A stretch of 64,000 nt of DNA from an uncultured delta proteobacterium (GCA_963822965.1 CAWGJT010000005.1:1664001-1728000); one strand, 5' to 3'; numbered from the stretch's first letter, positions 38,692 through 51,330 are shown. Numbers and translations are program-made. The notes: a model not told the origin generated them from the letters alone.

Positions 38692-39722
38692 GGGGTGGCC
38701 TGGCTTTCGTGACGATCGCCCTACTGGTATCCGCTTCTGCTTGGGCGGGAGGAAAGGCGATGCAGGATGAGGAAGTGAAGCCGCCGTCGAAGTTCGAGAT
38801 CCCGTTCGATGGCCCTGGTCAGCTCGCAACGATCTGGAGCTGGGGGCGAGACCGCCCCGACGGCGAGAAGGCTCTGGTCGTCACCGCTCACGGACAGAGT
38901 CACCGCGTTGAGATCGAGGCTCCGAGGCGTGTGCGCTGGCGATCGCCTACCGAACTCATCCTCGAGCAGTACGTCTGGCCTCTGAAGAACGGTTCGGGGA
39001 GCCGAATCTTGCGCATCGCGCGTGAGGGCGAGGTGCTCGAGGTTCTCAGCGACCGCCAAGGACTTGGCAACATCGAACCTTCGCCGGGCGGAAACGTGGT
39101 GCTGCTCGAACGGGACAACCAGAAGGGGTCCCAGGGATTCGAGGTTCGAAGCCTTGCAGAGGACTTCCGGCTGCTGACCGTTCACCCGAAGCCGACGAGT
39201 CGGGAGATCGGCTCTATGCCGACACCTCCGATCTGGAGCCCAGATGGGTCGAAGTTCGCCGTGGCGCTCTACGTTCCGAATCTTCCGGAAGAGCCCGGTC
39301 GCCTCTATCCGCGGCTTGCCATCGTGTCTCGCGACACTCCTGGCTATACGCGGCTTCCTGACAGCCCTCCTGGTCAGGAGGCGGTGCGGGGCGGCGTGAT
39401 TCCGCTCTTCTGGAATGAGGACGGTATCTACGTTCGAACCACCCATGTCGGAAGTGGCCTGCTGCGTTGCGATCCGGAGGGCTTGGGATGTACTCCCGTC
39501 TACGCTCCGGGTGAGCAGCGCTCAGTTCTCTCCGGGGTGCAGGCTGGAGGCCAGACCGCTCTGCTTCTCGTTCAAGACCCGTCAGTGGATCGGTTCGAGA
39601 CGCGGGCGAAGGAGATCCACGAGGTGAACCTTGCCACCGGCGAAGGCCGCCTGCTCTTGCGCTTGCCCGATGGGGTGTTCATCTCCGATCTCGATTGGAT
39701 CGGGGACACGGGCGCCCACTGA
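38688..39722 (+). CDS. Secreted protein, TolB-like/beta-propeller character; candidate immunity protein for tip 2
   Basis: Signal peptide ...SASAWA, PIWSPDGSKFAV motif, ATGA overlap with tip 2. Confidence 0.65.
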   Translation: MRGGLAFVTIALLVSASAWAGGKAMQDEEVKPPSKFEIPFDGPGQLATIWSWGRDRPDGEKALVVTAHGQSHRVEIEAPRRVRWRSPTELILEQYVWPLKNGSGSRILRIAREGEVLEVLSDRQGLGNIEPSPGGNVVLLERDNQKGSQGFEVRSLAEDFRLLTVHPKPTSREIGSMPTPPIWSPDGSKFAVALYVPNLPEEPGRLYPRLAIVSRDTPGYTRLPDSPPGQEAVRGGVIPLFWNEDGIYVRTTHVGSGLLRCDPEGLGCTPVYAPGEQRSVLSGVQAGGQTALLLVQDPSVDRFETRAKEIHEVNLATGEGRLLLRLPDGVFISDLDWIGDTGAH

Positions 39723-39723
39723 T

Positions 39724-40065
39724 TCATCTGCCGACGATCTCGTCGAGCAGCTTCCGCAGAGCGGCGCGGTCCTCCTCTTCGAGCCGCCCGAGCTTGCGCA
39801 GCACGAGGCCGCGCTCGATCGTCGCGACGACGGGCTTCAGCACCGAGGGCCGGAGCAGCCCGGCCTCCTTCCACTTGGCCACGGAGGCCTCTCCGAACGC
39901 GGCCTGCGCCCGCGCCTGGCTGGTGACGGCCAGGATGATGAGATCCGGCCGCTCGCGGAGTTAGGCCTCGCTGCTGACGACGACGGCCGGGCGGCGCTTG
40001 GTGGTGGTCTGGTCGGCAAAAGGGAACGGGACGAGGAGGACGTCCCCGAACTCATAGCCGGTCAT
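39724..40065 (-). pseudogene. PemK/MazF-family toxin with in-frame TAA at codon 35
   Basis: MTGYEFGDVLLVPFPFADQTTTKRRPAVVVSSEA*LRERPDLIILAVTSQ...WKEAGLLRPSVLKP...LRKLGRL; TTA on + strand at 39961-39963; absent from the ORF track. Confidence 0.85.
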
Positions 40066-40261
40066 AGTCGGCGTCGTCGGGGTTCTCCCAGATCCGGGCG
40101 AAGGCGGCCTCGGACAGCCGGCTCGCCGCCTCCGCGAGTCCTCGCTCCTCGTCGCGCACGCGCAGGAAGTCGATGAAGTCCTCGACCTCGGTCACGCGCT
40201 CGGGGGCGAGGCGGCGGATCTTGGCGAGGAGTTCCTCTTCGGTCGGCTTCAGGCGTCCCAT
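40052..40261 (-). CDS. Small antitoxin (DUF2281-like) upstream of and overlapping the PemK toxin
   Basis: LLAKIRRLAPERVTEVEDFIDFL...LSEAAFARIWENPDDADYDRL; acidic C-terminus; TA gene order. Confidence 0.8.
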   Translation of the reverse strand: MGRLKPTEEELLAKIRRLAPERVTEVEDFIDFLRVRDEERGLAEAASRLSEAAFARIWENPDDADYDRL

Positions 40262-40438
40262 GCGCGGCCCTCTTCCCCTGCGGGGGTCTGGTACGATGGA
40301 GATTCTATCGGTTGGACGAGGGCTTGGCTTCACCCGGTCGCCAAGGCGGCGTCCCAGGAGGCCGTGCTGCAACTACGATGGAGGCGCCAACAGTCGAGGC
40401 CGGCCAGTCGGAGTGATCCGCGGGCCTGCTGCACCATC

Positions 40439-40449
40439 GTCCCAGAGTG
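40439..40449 (+). repeat. Cassette junction motif, copy 3
   Basis: GTCCCAGAGTG in frame as S-Q-S with tip 3; CCTGCTG 7 nt upstream, as in copy 2. Confidence 0.75.
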
Positions 40450-40886
40450 GATTCGATGAGGCTGCGCAGCTCAGCGATTCCGATGTACAGACGATTCGAG
40501 AATGGACTCAGGGGCGATCGGACATTGCCGATGTGGCAGACGACGCGACCGTCGTGATCCATGACGACTTCAAGGGAACGGCGCAAGAAGGCAGTTTCGG
40601 CTACTACGATCCAAAGACTGATACGATCGCGTTGAACCGGTCGAAGATGGTAGGCATGGCCGACACTGCTGGGTGGCTGGTTCACGAGAACACACACAGA
40701 CTCAATCGGGGAACGCTGGGGGGCTTTCTCTCAAAGGTCGGCGATCTGATTGTCGGCCCGACCAACCCCTGGCACGCGCAAACCTACCGGCTCGGTGACG
40801 CTGCTGCCGCTGCCTATCTCGGCGACGCCCGCCGAGGATTGGTCCCAATCGGGTTCGGCGGGCAATACATCTCACCCCGGCCATAG
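40440..40886 (+). pseudogene. Orphan tip 3: HExxH metallopeptidase-like domain
   Basis: SQSGFDEAAQ...GYYDPKTDTIALN...GWLVHENTHR. Confidence 0.7.
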
Positions 40887-40896
40887 GGAGATCGTG

Positions 40897-41268
40897 ATGC
40901 GTGTGTTCCTCTCGCTTGTCGTGATGGCCTTGATCCTTGGGGGCGTGGTGTTCTTCATTGCTCATCAGCAGGACGACGAGCATCCCACGCGCGGTCTGCA
41001 AGCTCCCACTGACCTCGTCCAGGTAGCGACAGCTCTGGAGCTATATCGAGACGCGATGGGCAGCTACCCCAGCGAGGAAGAGGGTCTCCGGGTGCTTGCA
41101 GGTCGGTTTCTGCCTAAGTCTGAGCTGTCTGACGGATGGGGTACGCCCATCCGGTACGTCCAGCTTTCGCTGCGTGGGCAGCAGTCCTACAGAATCTGTT
41201 CGGCTGGCGCGGATGGCGAGTTCATGGAGGGCACGCCAGGAGACGATCATTGTTTCTCGCCCGAGTAG
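40897..41268 (+). CDS. Membrane-anchored GspG-like domain protein; candidate immunity protein for tip 3
   Basis: N-terminal TM; TDLVQVATALELYRDAMGSYPSEEEGLRVL...DGWGTPIRY...YRICSAGADGEF...GDD; GGAG RBS. Confidence 0.75.
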   Translation: MRVFLSLVVMALILGGVVFFIAHQQDDEHPTRGLQAPTDLVQVATALELYRDAMGSYPSEEEGLRVLAGRFLPKSELSDGWGTPIRYVQLSLRGQQSYRICSAGADGEFMEGTPGDDHCFSPE

Positions 41269-41337
41269 AAGCCCTTCCAGCAAGACGGTGTGTTCGCCGA
41301 CCCGATCCGACCGTTTGATTTCGGCTGAGCTGAAGTA

Positions 41338-41348
41338 GTCCCAAAGTG
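41338..41348 (+). repeat. Cassette junction motif, copy 4
   Basis: AGTA-GTCCCAAAGTG-GACAG. Confidence 0.8.
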
Positions 41349-41779
41349 GACAGTACGCGGCGAATGATTACCGCGGCGCGATCAACACGGACACAGGTCT
41401 TCCGGATGATCCCGTGGTGGTTCAGTGGCTGAAGGACACTCGATCGAGATGGGCGATGGGGAAGATCTTCGGCGAGTCAGTCGATGGGGTAAAGCTCACC
41501 ACCGAATCGTTCTTCGCTCGACTTCACGGGGCTGTTGCGACGACTCGGCCAGACCACATTTTCACAACTCTGACCGAGTGCCAGTTCTTCGCAGATGGGA
41601 GGCTCGCCTTGCACGAGTACTTCCATGTTCTGCGTCAATGGAACACAAGCGAGCTCACGCGAACCGGCTACCTGCTCGAATCGTTCCAGAACGGTTACTT
41701 CAACAATCGATTCGAGGTAGCGGCGCGAGTTTTCGCAGCGCAGAACCTCGCTGAATACAACCGCCTGGTCGGAAGATGA
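41339..41779 (+). pseudogene. Orphan tip 4: HExxH metallopeptidase-like (DUF4157-like) domain
   Basis: Open from the TAG at 41336-41338: SQSGQYAAN...AVATTRPDHIF...LALHEYFHVLRQW...GYFNNRFEVAAR. Confidence 0.72.
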
Positions 41780-42150
41780 GACGTCTCTTCGTTCGATTGA
41801 TTGCGTCCTCTCTGCCCTTCCTTGTGGGTGTGTCAAGCTGTTTTCCAATCGGCGACTCGGCAGCTCGTTTGAGAGGGCGGATCACGGTGAACGGGGAGCC
41901 CGCGAGCGATTGCCGGCTGAGCCTTCATCTCGCCCGCACGGATCAGATTGTCGAAGCGATCGGGGTTTCCTCAGAGTTTGAGGAGACCTTCGTGATTGCA
42001 CCTGGCGAGGACGACTACTACGCGACGATCTCATGCAAGAACACTCGAAACGAGTACCGAAGCGAAACCCTGCGCCTGGGGTCGCCACACACTTACGAGA
42101 ATGGCACCGACCTGGGGACAGTGTCGCTCTCACGTGCCGGGGCCGAGTAA
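41776..42150 (+). CDS. Predicted lipoprotein, beta-rich; candidate immunity protein for tip 4
   Basis: MRRLFVRLIASSLPFLVGVSS-C lipobox-like; ATGA overlap with tip 4. Confidence 0.65.
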   Translation: MRRLFVRLIASSLPFLVGVSSCFPIGDSAARLRGRITVNGEPASDCRLSLHLARTDQIVEAIGVSSEFEETFVIAPGEDDYYATISCKNTRNEYRSETLRLGSPHTYENGTDLGTVSLSRAGAE

Positions 42151-42340
42151 GCGCTTCGCGCATTCCATCGCGGCGGCTCGATGCAGTCCCCGCGCGGCCT
42201 TCGCCGAGACGAGCGAATTGACGAGCAGGATGGCGACGCGGCGATCCTTCTCCGGCAGCGACGGCACCGGCGAGAGCTTCTTCCACAGGCGCCGCACCTC
42301 GGGGTCTTCCTTCGACCGGGCCGTCTTCAGCGGGGTGTGG
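42130..42340 (-). pseudogene. Remnant resembling the C-terminal half of an XRE-family regulator
   Basis: ...KEDPEVRRLWKKLSPVPSLPEKDRRVAILLVNSLVSAK...; no HTH or start upstream; family call from memory. Confidence 0.45.
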
Positions 42341-42426
42341 AGCGTGGGCGCGGAGCCGCCTTGTTCATGCTTTTCACCTGGCGGGAAGCCGGGCGCCGCC
42401 GGAACGCGCTCGCTCCGCTCGCCCCG

Positions 42427-43979
42427 TCAGTTCAGGAAGTCGGCCGCGCGACCCGCCAGGTCCAGGGCCTTCAGGCCGGTGCCGAAGGGATCGGCCTGGG
42501 CGAAGAAGGCGAGGTAGAGGATGGCGGCGGCGCACACCGCCAGCACCAGCAGCTCGCTCGAGGAGGTCTCGGCCAGGGGCCGCGTGCGCGGCTCCCGCAT
42601 GTACATGGCGATGGGGAGCCGCAGGTAGTAGAAGATGGAGACGACGCTCATGGCCACGCCCACCAGCACGAGGCCGAGCCGGTCGGCGTTCACCGCCGCC
42701 ACGAAGAGGTAGAACTTGGCCATGAAGCCGGCGGTGCCGGGGATGCCCGCCAGGGAGAGCATGAAGAGCGTCATCGCGGCCGACAGCGCGGGTCGCGCTC
42801 GAAGCCAGCCCCGAGAAGTCGTCGAAGGTCTCCCACTCGCGGCCGCCCCGGGCCAATGCCGTCACCACGCAGAAGGCGCCGAGGGTCATGAAGACGTACA
42901 CGAGCAGGTAGAAGAGGAGCGCCGTCCAGGCCTCGGGGGTGCCCGCCGCGAAGGCCGACCAGCAGGTAGCCGGCGTGGGAGATGCTCGAGTAGGCGAGCA
43001 TGCGCTTCACGTTCGTCTGGATGATCGCCATGACGTTGCCCACGACCATCGTGAGCGCGGCGAACACCTGCATGAGCAGGGCGATGCGGCCGCCCATCTC
43101 GGGCAGCGCCAGCGCGAGGAAACGCAGCAGCGCCACGAAGGCCGCCGTCTTCACGGTGACGGCCATGAAGGCCGTGACCGAGGTCGGTGCCCCTTCGTAG
43201 ACGTCCGGCGCCCACTGGTGGAAGGGCACCGCGGCGACCTTGAAGGCCAGCCCGACGATCACCAGCGCCAGGCCCGTCACCGCCAGCGGGCCGCCCTGGC
43301 TGAAGCCCAGGCTCACGCCCACGAAGTCGGTGTGCCCCGTCGCGCCGTAGAGCAGCGCCATCCCGTAGAGCAGGATGGCGCTCGTGAAGCTCCCCATCAG
43401 GAAGTACTTGAGCGCCGACTCGTTGCTGCGCAGCTTGCTGCGGTCGAAGCCCGCCAGCGCGTAGATGGGCAGGCTCATCAGCTCGAAGCCCAGGAAGAGC
43501 GCGCATCAGGTCCACGGCCGAGACCAGCACGAACATGCCCGCGGTGGAGAGCAGCAGCAGCGCGTAGTACTCGCCGTGCTGGATGTGCATGGCGGGCAGA
43601 TAGGTGATCGAGAGCCACACGGAGAGCAGGGCCGCGATCCCGACGAGCGCGATGCCGAAGCTCGAGAGGGCGTCGAGCTGCAGCATCGGGCGGTTCGAGG
43701 TTGAAGGGCGACTGCACGCCCGTGAAGAACATGTAGGCGGCGGCGTAGATGGCGAGCACCAGGCTCACGCTGGCGACGATCGCCAGGACGACCCCGAGCC
43801 GCGAGCTGCCCGGCGACCTGCACGGCGTCGTCGCCCGGCGGCACGCCGTCGGCCCGCGCGCGCGGCGTGAGCACCACCTCCAGCAGCAGCACCAGCATCG
43901 CGCCCAGCGAGACGAAGCCCATCGGGGCAATCACCTGGAAGTCGAGCGACGAGGCGAGCGAGGGCACGAGGTCGGTCAC
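42427..43979 (-). CDS. nuoN: NADH-quinone oxidoreductase subunit N; frameshifts
   Basis: SNESALKYFLMGS, FKVAAVPFHQWAPDVYEGAPT, KRMLAYSSISHAGY, SLAGIPGTAGFMAKF. Confidence 0.93.
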
Positions 43980-45648
43980 CGCTCCTCCTGCTCGGGCGCC
44001 ATCGACAGTCGGCGCAGCTCGGACCGCTCGGCGTCCAGATCGGGGCCGTGCAGCTGCCGCAGCTCCATTTCCTGCAGCAGCACGCTCACCGACGGCTCGA
44101 TGCGCCGCAGCAACGGATCCGGGTGGACGCCGATCCAGATGATGGGGATCACCAGCAGCACGAGCGCCGTGCGCTCGCGCCAGTCGAGGTCGATCAGTCC
44201 CCGGTTCTCGGGCTTGTCGAGCGGGTCCGAAGAGCACGCGCCGCACCATCCACAGCATGTAGGCGGCGGCCAGCACCACCCCGAAGGTCGGCCGCCACCG
44301 CCACCCAGCGGTCGGCCCCGAACGTGCCCAGCAGGATCAGGAACTCGCCCACGAAGCCGTTCAGGGAGGGCAGCCCGATGCTCGACCATGGCGACCAGCA
44401 CCGAAGAATGCGGCGAAGACCGGCATCGGCCGGGCGAGACCGCCGAAGTCCGCGATCTGCCGCGTGTGGCGCCGCGAGTAGATGAAGCCCACCAGCACGA
44501 AGAGGGCGCCCGTCGACGAGGCCGTGGTTCACCATCTGCAGCACCGATCCGGTCAGGCCCTGCAGGTTCAGCGCGAAGATGCCGAGCATCACGAAGCCCA
44601 GGTGGGCCACCGACGAGTAGGCGACGAGCTTCTTCACGTCGCGCTGCACCATCGCGACGAGCGACCCGTAGAGGATGCCCGCCAGCGCCAGCGCGAACAT
44701 CCACGGCACCGCCTCGCGGGACGCGACGGGGAAGAGCGGCAGCGCGAATCGCAGGAAGCCGTAGGCGCCCATCTTCAGCAGCACCCCGGCCAGGATCACC
44801 GAGCCGCCCGTCGGCGCCTCGACGTGGGCGTCGGGCAGCCAGGTGTGGAGCGGCACCATCGGCACCTTGACGCCGAACGCGATCGCGAAGGCCGCGAAGA
44901 GCCAGGTCTGCGTCTGCCACCAGGGGACGCCGTCCGCGGCGGTCACCGGGATGATGGTCTCGAGCAGGGGAATGCCGCCGGTCTCCGAGCCCGGAAGCGC
45001 CACCAGGTCGAAGGTGGGAATGCCGCCCTGCTCGAAGTTCAGCCGATGGACGACGATCATCGCCACCAGCATCAGCAGCGAGCCGGCCAGGGTGAAGAGG
45101 AAGAACTTCGTGGCCGCGTAGATGCGCCGCGGTCCGCCCCAGATGCCGATGATGAAGTACATCGGCACGAGCATGATCTCCCACAGCACGTAGAACTGGA
45201 AGAGGTTCAGCGACACGAAGGTGCCGAGCATGGCCGTCTCGAGGGCCAGCAGGAGGAACATGTAGCTGCGGAACGAGCGGTCGATGTCCTTCCACGACGC
45301 GAGCACGACGATGGGGATCAGGAACGAGGTGAGCAGCACCAGCACCAGGCTGATGCCGTCGATGCCGACGAAGTAGTGGATGCCGTACTCGGGCAGCCAG
45401 CTCACGTGCTCCACCAGCTGGTAGCCCGTCTCTTCGGGGTCGAAGCGTCCCCACAGGCCGAAGACGGAGATGACGAAGGTGAGGGTCGTCGCCGCCAGCG
45501 TGGTCACCTGCCAGACGATGGCGGGCAGCCCCTGGGACCGCAGCAGGAAGCCGGTGAAGGCGCTCACCGCGAGCAGCAGCAACGCGGACAGCAGCGGCAG
45601 GAACACCACCCAGCTGATCAGATGCGCGTCGACGAAGTGGCCGAGCAT
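43976..45648 (-). CDS. nuoM: NADH-quinone oxidoreductase subunit M; frameshifts
   Basis: [63 protein letters not shown]. Confidence 0.95.
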
Positions 45649-45652
45649 GGCG

Positions 45653-47727
<2,075 letters not shown>

Positions 47728-47757
47728 GCGCTGCGGGTCGGGCGCCCCGGGGCGTGC

Positions 47758-48084
47758 CTACCATCGCAGCAGGCTCGCGTCGTCCACGTTCAGGCTGTCG
47801 CGGTTGCGGATGAGCGACAGCAGGATGCCCAGGCCGATCGCCACCTCCGCGGCGGCGACGGCGATCACCATCAGCACGAAGACCTGCCCGTCGAGGCGCG
47901 CAGCACCGTCGGCGCCGACGGCCCATACGCGGTTGAAGCCGACGAGCGCCAGGTTGACGGCGTTGAGCATCAGCTCGATCGACATCAGGATCACGATGAC
48001 GTTGCGGCGCGAGAGCGCGCCCACCGCGCCGATGCCGAAGAGGGCCGCGGAGAGGCCGATCACGTGCTCGATGGGGATGCTCAA
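47758..48084 (-). CDS. nuoK: NADH-quinone oxidoreductase subunit K
   Basis: [33 protein letters not shown] start. Confidence 0.93.
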   Translation of the reverse strand: MSIPIEHVIGLSAALFGIGAVGALSRRNVIVILMSIELMLNAVNLALVGFNRVWAVGADGAARLDGQVFVLMVIAVAAAEVAIGLGILLSLIRNRDSLNVDDASLLRW

Positions 48085-48597
48085 TCGATCCTCCGCTTCG
48101 CGAGGATGACGGCGCCGACGATGGCGGCCAGCAGGATCAGCGCCACCAGCTCGACGGCCAGCACGTAGTCGCCGTACAGCGCGAGGCCCAGCTCGCGATA
48201 CGTGCCGAAGCCCGGCGGCGGGCGGACCGGCCACCGGGAAGGCGACGACCCGCCACAGACCGGCGAAGAGCAGCAGCCCGACCCCGACGGACCCACCCAC
48301 GCCGAGCAGCTTGAGGATGCGCTGACCCGCGGGCGCCGCCGGAAATCCCCCGTCCCGCAGGTTCAGCAGCATGATCACGAACAGGAAGAGCACCAGGATG
48401 GCGCCCGCGTAGACCATGATCTGGATCGCGGCGACGAGCTCGGCGTGGAGCAGCACGTAGATCCCCGCCAGCGAGATCATCGTGACCACCAGGCTCATGG
48501 CGCCGGCCACCACGTGGCGGACGAAGCCGACCATGGCGACGGCCGAGAAGAGCGCCAGGGCGGCGAAGGCGTAGAAGAGTACGAGCTCGAGATTCAC
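48081..48597 (-). CDS. nuoJ: NADH-quinone oxidoreductase subunit J; frameshift
   Basis: [41 protein letters not shown]. Confidence 0.93.
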
Positions 48598-49751
48598 CGC
48601 GTCGCGACCTCCCCGAGCACGAGCATCACCCCGGCGGTCGCGAAGATGTTCACCACCGAGAGCGGCAGGATCACCTTCCAGCACAGGTCCATCACCTGGT
48701 CGTAGCGGAAGCGCGGGAACGACCAGCGGATGAGCATCTGGAGCCAGACCATCACCACCACCTTCGTGAAGAAGCAGCCCACGTGCAGGAGCATGCAGAC
48801 GACCGTCGCGAAGCCGGTTCCGAACCAGGAGCCGATCGCGTGGATGATCGTCGCCTGCGACAGGTAGGGAATGCTCCAGCCGCCCAGGAAGAGCGCGGTG
48901 CACAGGCCGGCGATGATCACCACCTCGATGAACTCCGACATGTAGAAGAGCCCGAAGCGCATGCCCGAGTACTCGGTGAAGTAGCCGGCCACGAGCTCGG
49001 ACTCGCTCTCGGGCAGGTCGAACGGCGGGCGCTTGTTCTCGGCCATGATGCAGGTGAGGAACATCAGGAAGCCCAGGGGCTGCAGAAAGATTCCCCAGTT
49101 CGGCAGGCGCACCAGGTCGAGCCACGGCGGCAGGGATCCGAGGCCGGGAAAGAGCTCGAGGAAGCCCAGCACCCGGAAGGTCGTGTCCTGGGCGACACCC
49201 ATGTCGGTGAGCTTCAGGGTGCCGAACACCATGAAGACGCCCACCAGGGAGAGCCCCATGGTGACCTCGTAGGAGATCATCTGGGCGGTGCTGCGCACGC
49301 CGCCGAGCAGCGACCAGTTGCTGTTGCTCGACCAGCCCGCCAGCACGGCGCCGTAGGTGGCGAGGGAGCCGATGGCGAGCACGTAGAGCACGCCCCAGTC
49401 GATGTCGGCCGCCACCAGCGAGACGCGGCTGCCGTCGATCTCGTAGACGCCCCCGTACGGAATGACCGCGAAGGCGACCAGCGCCGGAATCGCCGCAATC
49501 ATCGGCGCGATGGTGTGCAGGACGCGGTTGGCGCCGGTCGGCACCACGTCCTCCTTCGTGAGCAGCTTGAAGACGTCCGCCAGGGGGTGCAGCAGCCCGA
49601 GGAAGGTCATGCCGGCGATGTCGGCGCGGTTCGCGCCGATGCGGTCCTGCATGACGGCGCTCTGCTTGCGCTCCACCCAGGTGATGACCGGCGCGAACAG
49701 CATGATCACGACCACCAGGATGAAGAGGGTCTTGACGACGACGAGGGTCAT
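48594..49751 (-). CDS. nuoH: NADH-quinone oxidoreductase subunit H
   Basis: [57 protein letters not shown]. Confidence 0.95.
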   Translation of the reverse strand: MTLVVVKTLFILVVVIMLFAPVITWVERKQSAVMQDRIGANRADIAGMTFLGLLHPLADVFKLLTKEDVVPTGANRVLHTIAPMIAAIPALVAFAVIPYGGVYEIDGSRVSLVAADIDWGVLYVLAIGSLATYGAVLAGWSSNSNWSLLGGVRSTAQMISYEVTMGLSLVGVFMVFGTLKLTDMGVAQDTTFRVLGFLELFPGLGSLPPWLDLVRLPNWGIFLQPLGFLMFLTCIMAENKRPPFDLPESESELVAGYFTEYSGMRFGLFYMSEFIEVVIIAGLCTALFLGGWSIPYLSQATIIHAIGSWFGTGFATVVCMLLHVGCFFTKVVVMVWLQMLIRWSFPRFRYDQVMDLCWKVILPLSVVNIFATAGVMLVLGEVATR

Positions 49752-51330
49752 TCGGGGTCGCCCGTCCCGGTCGGGGGCGGCTCGGCGCCGGACCCTTCGA
49801 AGCCCGGCAGCGCGAGCGCGGCGCCGATGCGGGTGAGGAAGTCGCCCTCGTCGAGCACGTCCGGCGCCGGGGTGACCGCGCGCTCGACGTGCTGCACGAT
49901 GCCGTCGCAGTTCGTGTAGTGGGCCTCCTTCTCGGCGGCGTGGCGCACCGGAAGCAGCGACGTGCGCCACCCGCTCGAGCGCCGAGCGGTGCGTGTCGAG
50001 GACGATCAGCAGCTCGAGACCCTCGAGGGCCTCCGTGCCGCCGAGGGTGTCCACGAGGTCGTGTCCCAGGACGATCAGCCCCGCGAGACCGCCGCCTCGC
50101 AGGGCGCTCGACGACGGGCTCCACCGGCCCGAAGCCCAGGGCCCGGGCGCCCTTCGGCATTCGCCGCCTTCTCGGCCGTGAGCAGCAGGTCGTCCGCCGG
50201 CGCCGGTCAGCAGCGGCGAAGCCGCGTGAGCTCGATGCCGAGGGCGTCGAGGAAGCGCCGGAAGACCGCCAGGTCCTCGTTGCTGGCGTGCGCCGAGGCC
50301 ACCCCCGCGAGCGCGCCCGGCCCCCGGGCTTCCAGCAGCCGCGCGCAGCCGCTCGGCCGCCGACGCCACGGCGTCGTCGACCGACTGTCTCGGCCAGCCC
50401 GCCGTCCTCGCGCACCAGGCAGCGCGAGAGCCGGTCCGGGCCGGCGATGCGCCTTGTAGGTGAGGCGGCCGAAGTCGCACATCCAGGTGCTCGTTCACGG
50501 CGTCGTTGCGGCGCGGCACGTAGCGCTAGCACCTCGTTCTTGGCGACGCCCAGGTGGACGTTGCAGCCGCCGCGAGCAGCCGGTGCAGATGCCGGCCTTG
50601 TCGTCCAGGAACCAGACGCGGATCTTGAAGCGGAAGTCCTTGGTGGTGAGCGCGCCGACCGGGCAGATGTCCGCCACGTTCATCGAGTAGTCGTTCTCGA
50701 GCGGCGTGCCGGGGAAGGTCTCGAGCATCGAGTGGTCGCCCCGACCGAAGACCCCGAGCTCGCCGGTCTGGGTCACCTCGCGGCAGAAGCGCACGCAGCG
50801 CCGGCACAGGATGCAGCGCTCCTGGTCGAAGACGATGGTCGGGCCCGAGGTCGACGCGCTTCTTGGCCGCGCGCCGGGGCTCGCGGGTGCGCGCGTGCGG
50901 GCAGCCCGTAGTCGACCGCGTAGTCCTGCAGCTTGCACTCGCCGGCCTGGTCGCAGATGGGGCAGTCGAGCGGGTGGTTGACGAGCAGCAGCTCCATCAC
51001 GCCCTCGCGGGCCGCCTTCACGCGGTCGCTCTTCGTGCACGATCACCATGCCGTCGGCGACCGGCGTGTTGCAGGCGATCTGCAGCTTCGGCTGGGGCTT
51101 GCCGTCCTGTCGAGCACCTCCACCTGGCACAGCCGGCACGAGCCGTCGATGCTGAGCTTCGGGTGCCAGCAGTAGTGGGGGATGTCGACGCCCCCGGCTT
51201 CATCAGCACGCCGCACGTCGTCGAGGGCCTGCAGGATCGTGCGGCCCGCCGGGACCCGGTAGTCCACGTCGTCCACCCGGATGCGCACTTCCTCGGCCGC
51301 CGTCACGCGCTTCGTCGTCGCGAGCTTCAC
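49748..51330 (-). CDS. nuoG: NADH-quinone oxidoreductase subunit G (short form); many frameshifts
   Basis: [65 protein letters not shown]. Confidence 0.88.

Noticed and set aside
37780..41268. A type II secretion system locus
   Set aside because: Only isolated GspG-like domains without prepilin motifs; no secretin, ATPase or platform genes.
37321..41348. Spaced short repeats as a CRISPR array or integron attC sites
   Set aside because: Repeats are only 11-20 bp and 0.9-2.2 kb apart; I saw no attC-type GTTRRRY/RYYYAAC hairpins, cas genes or integrase.
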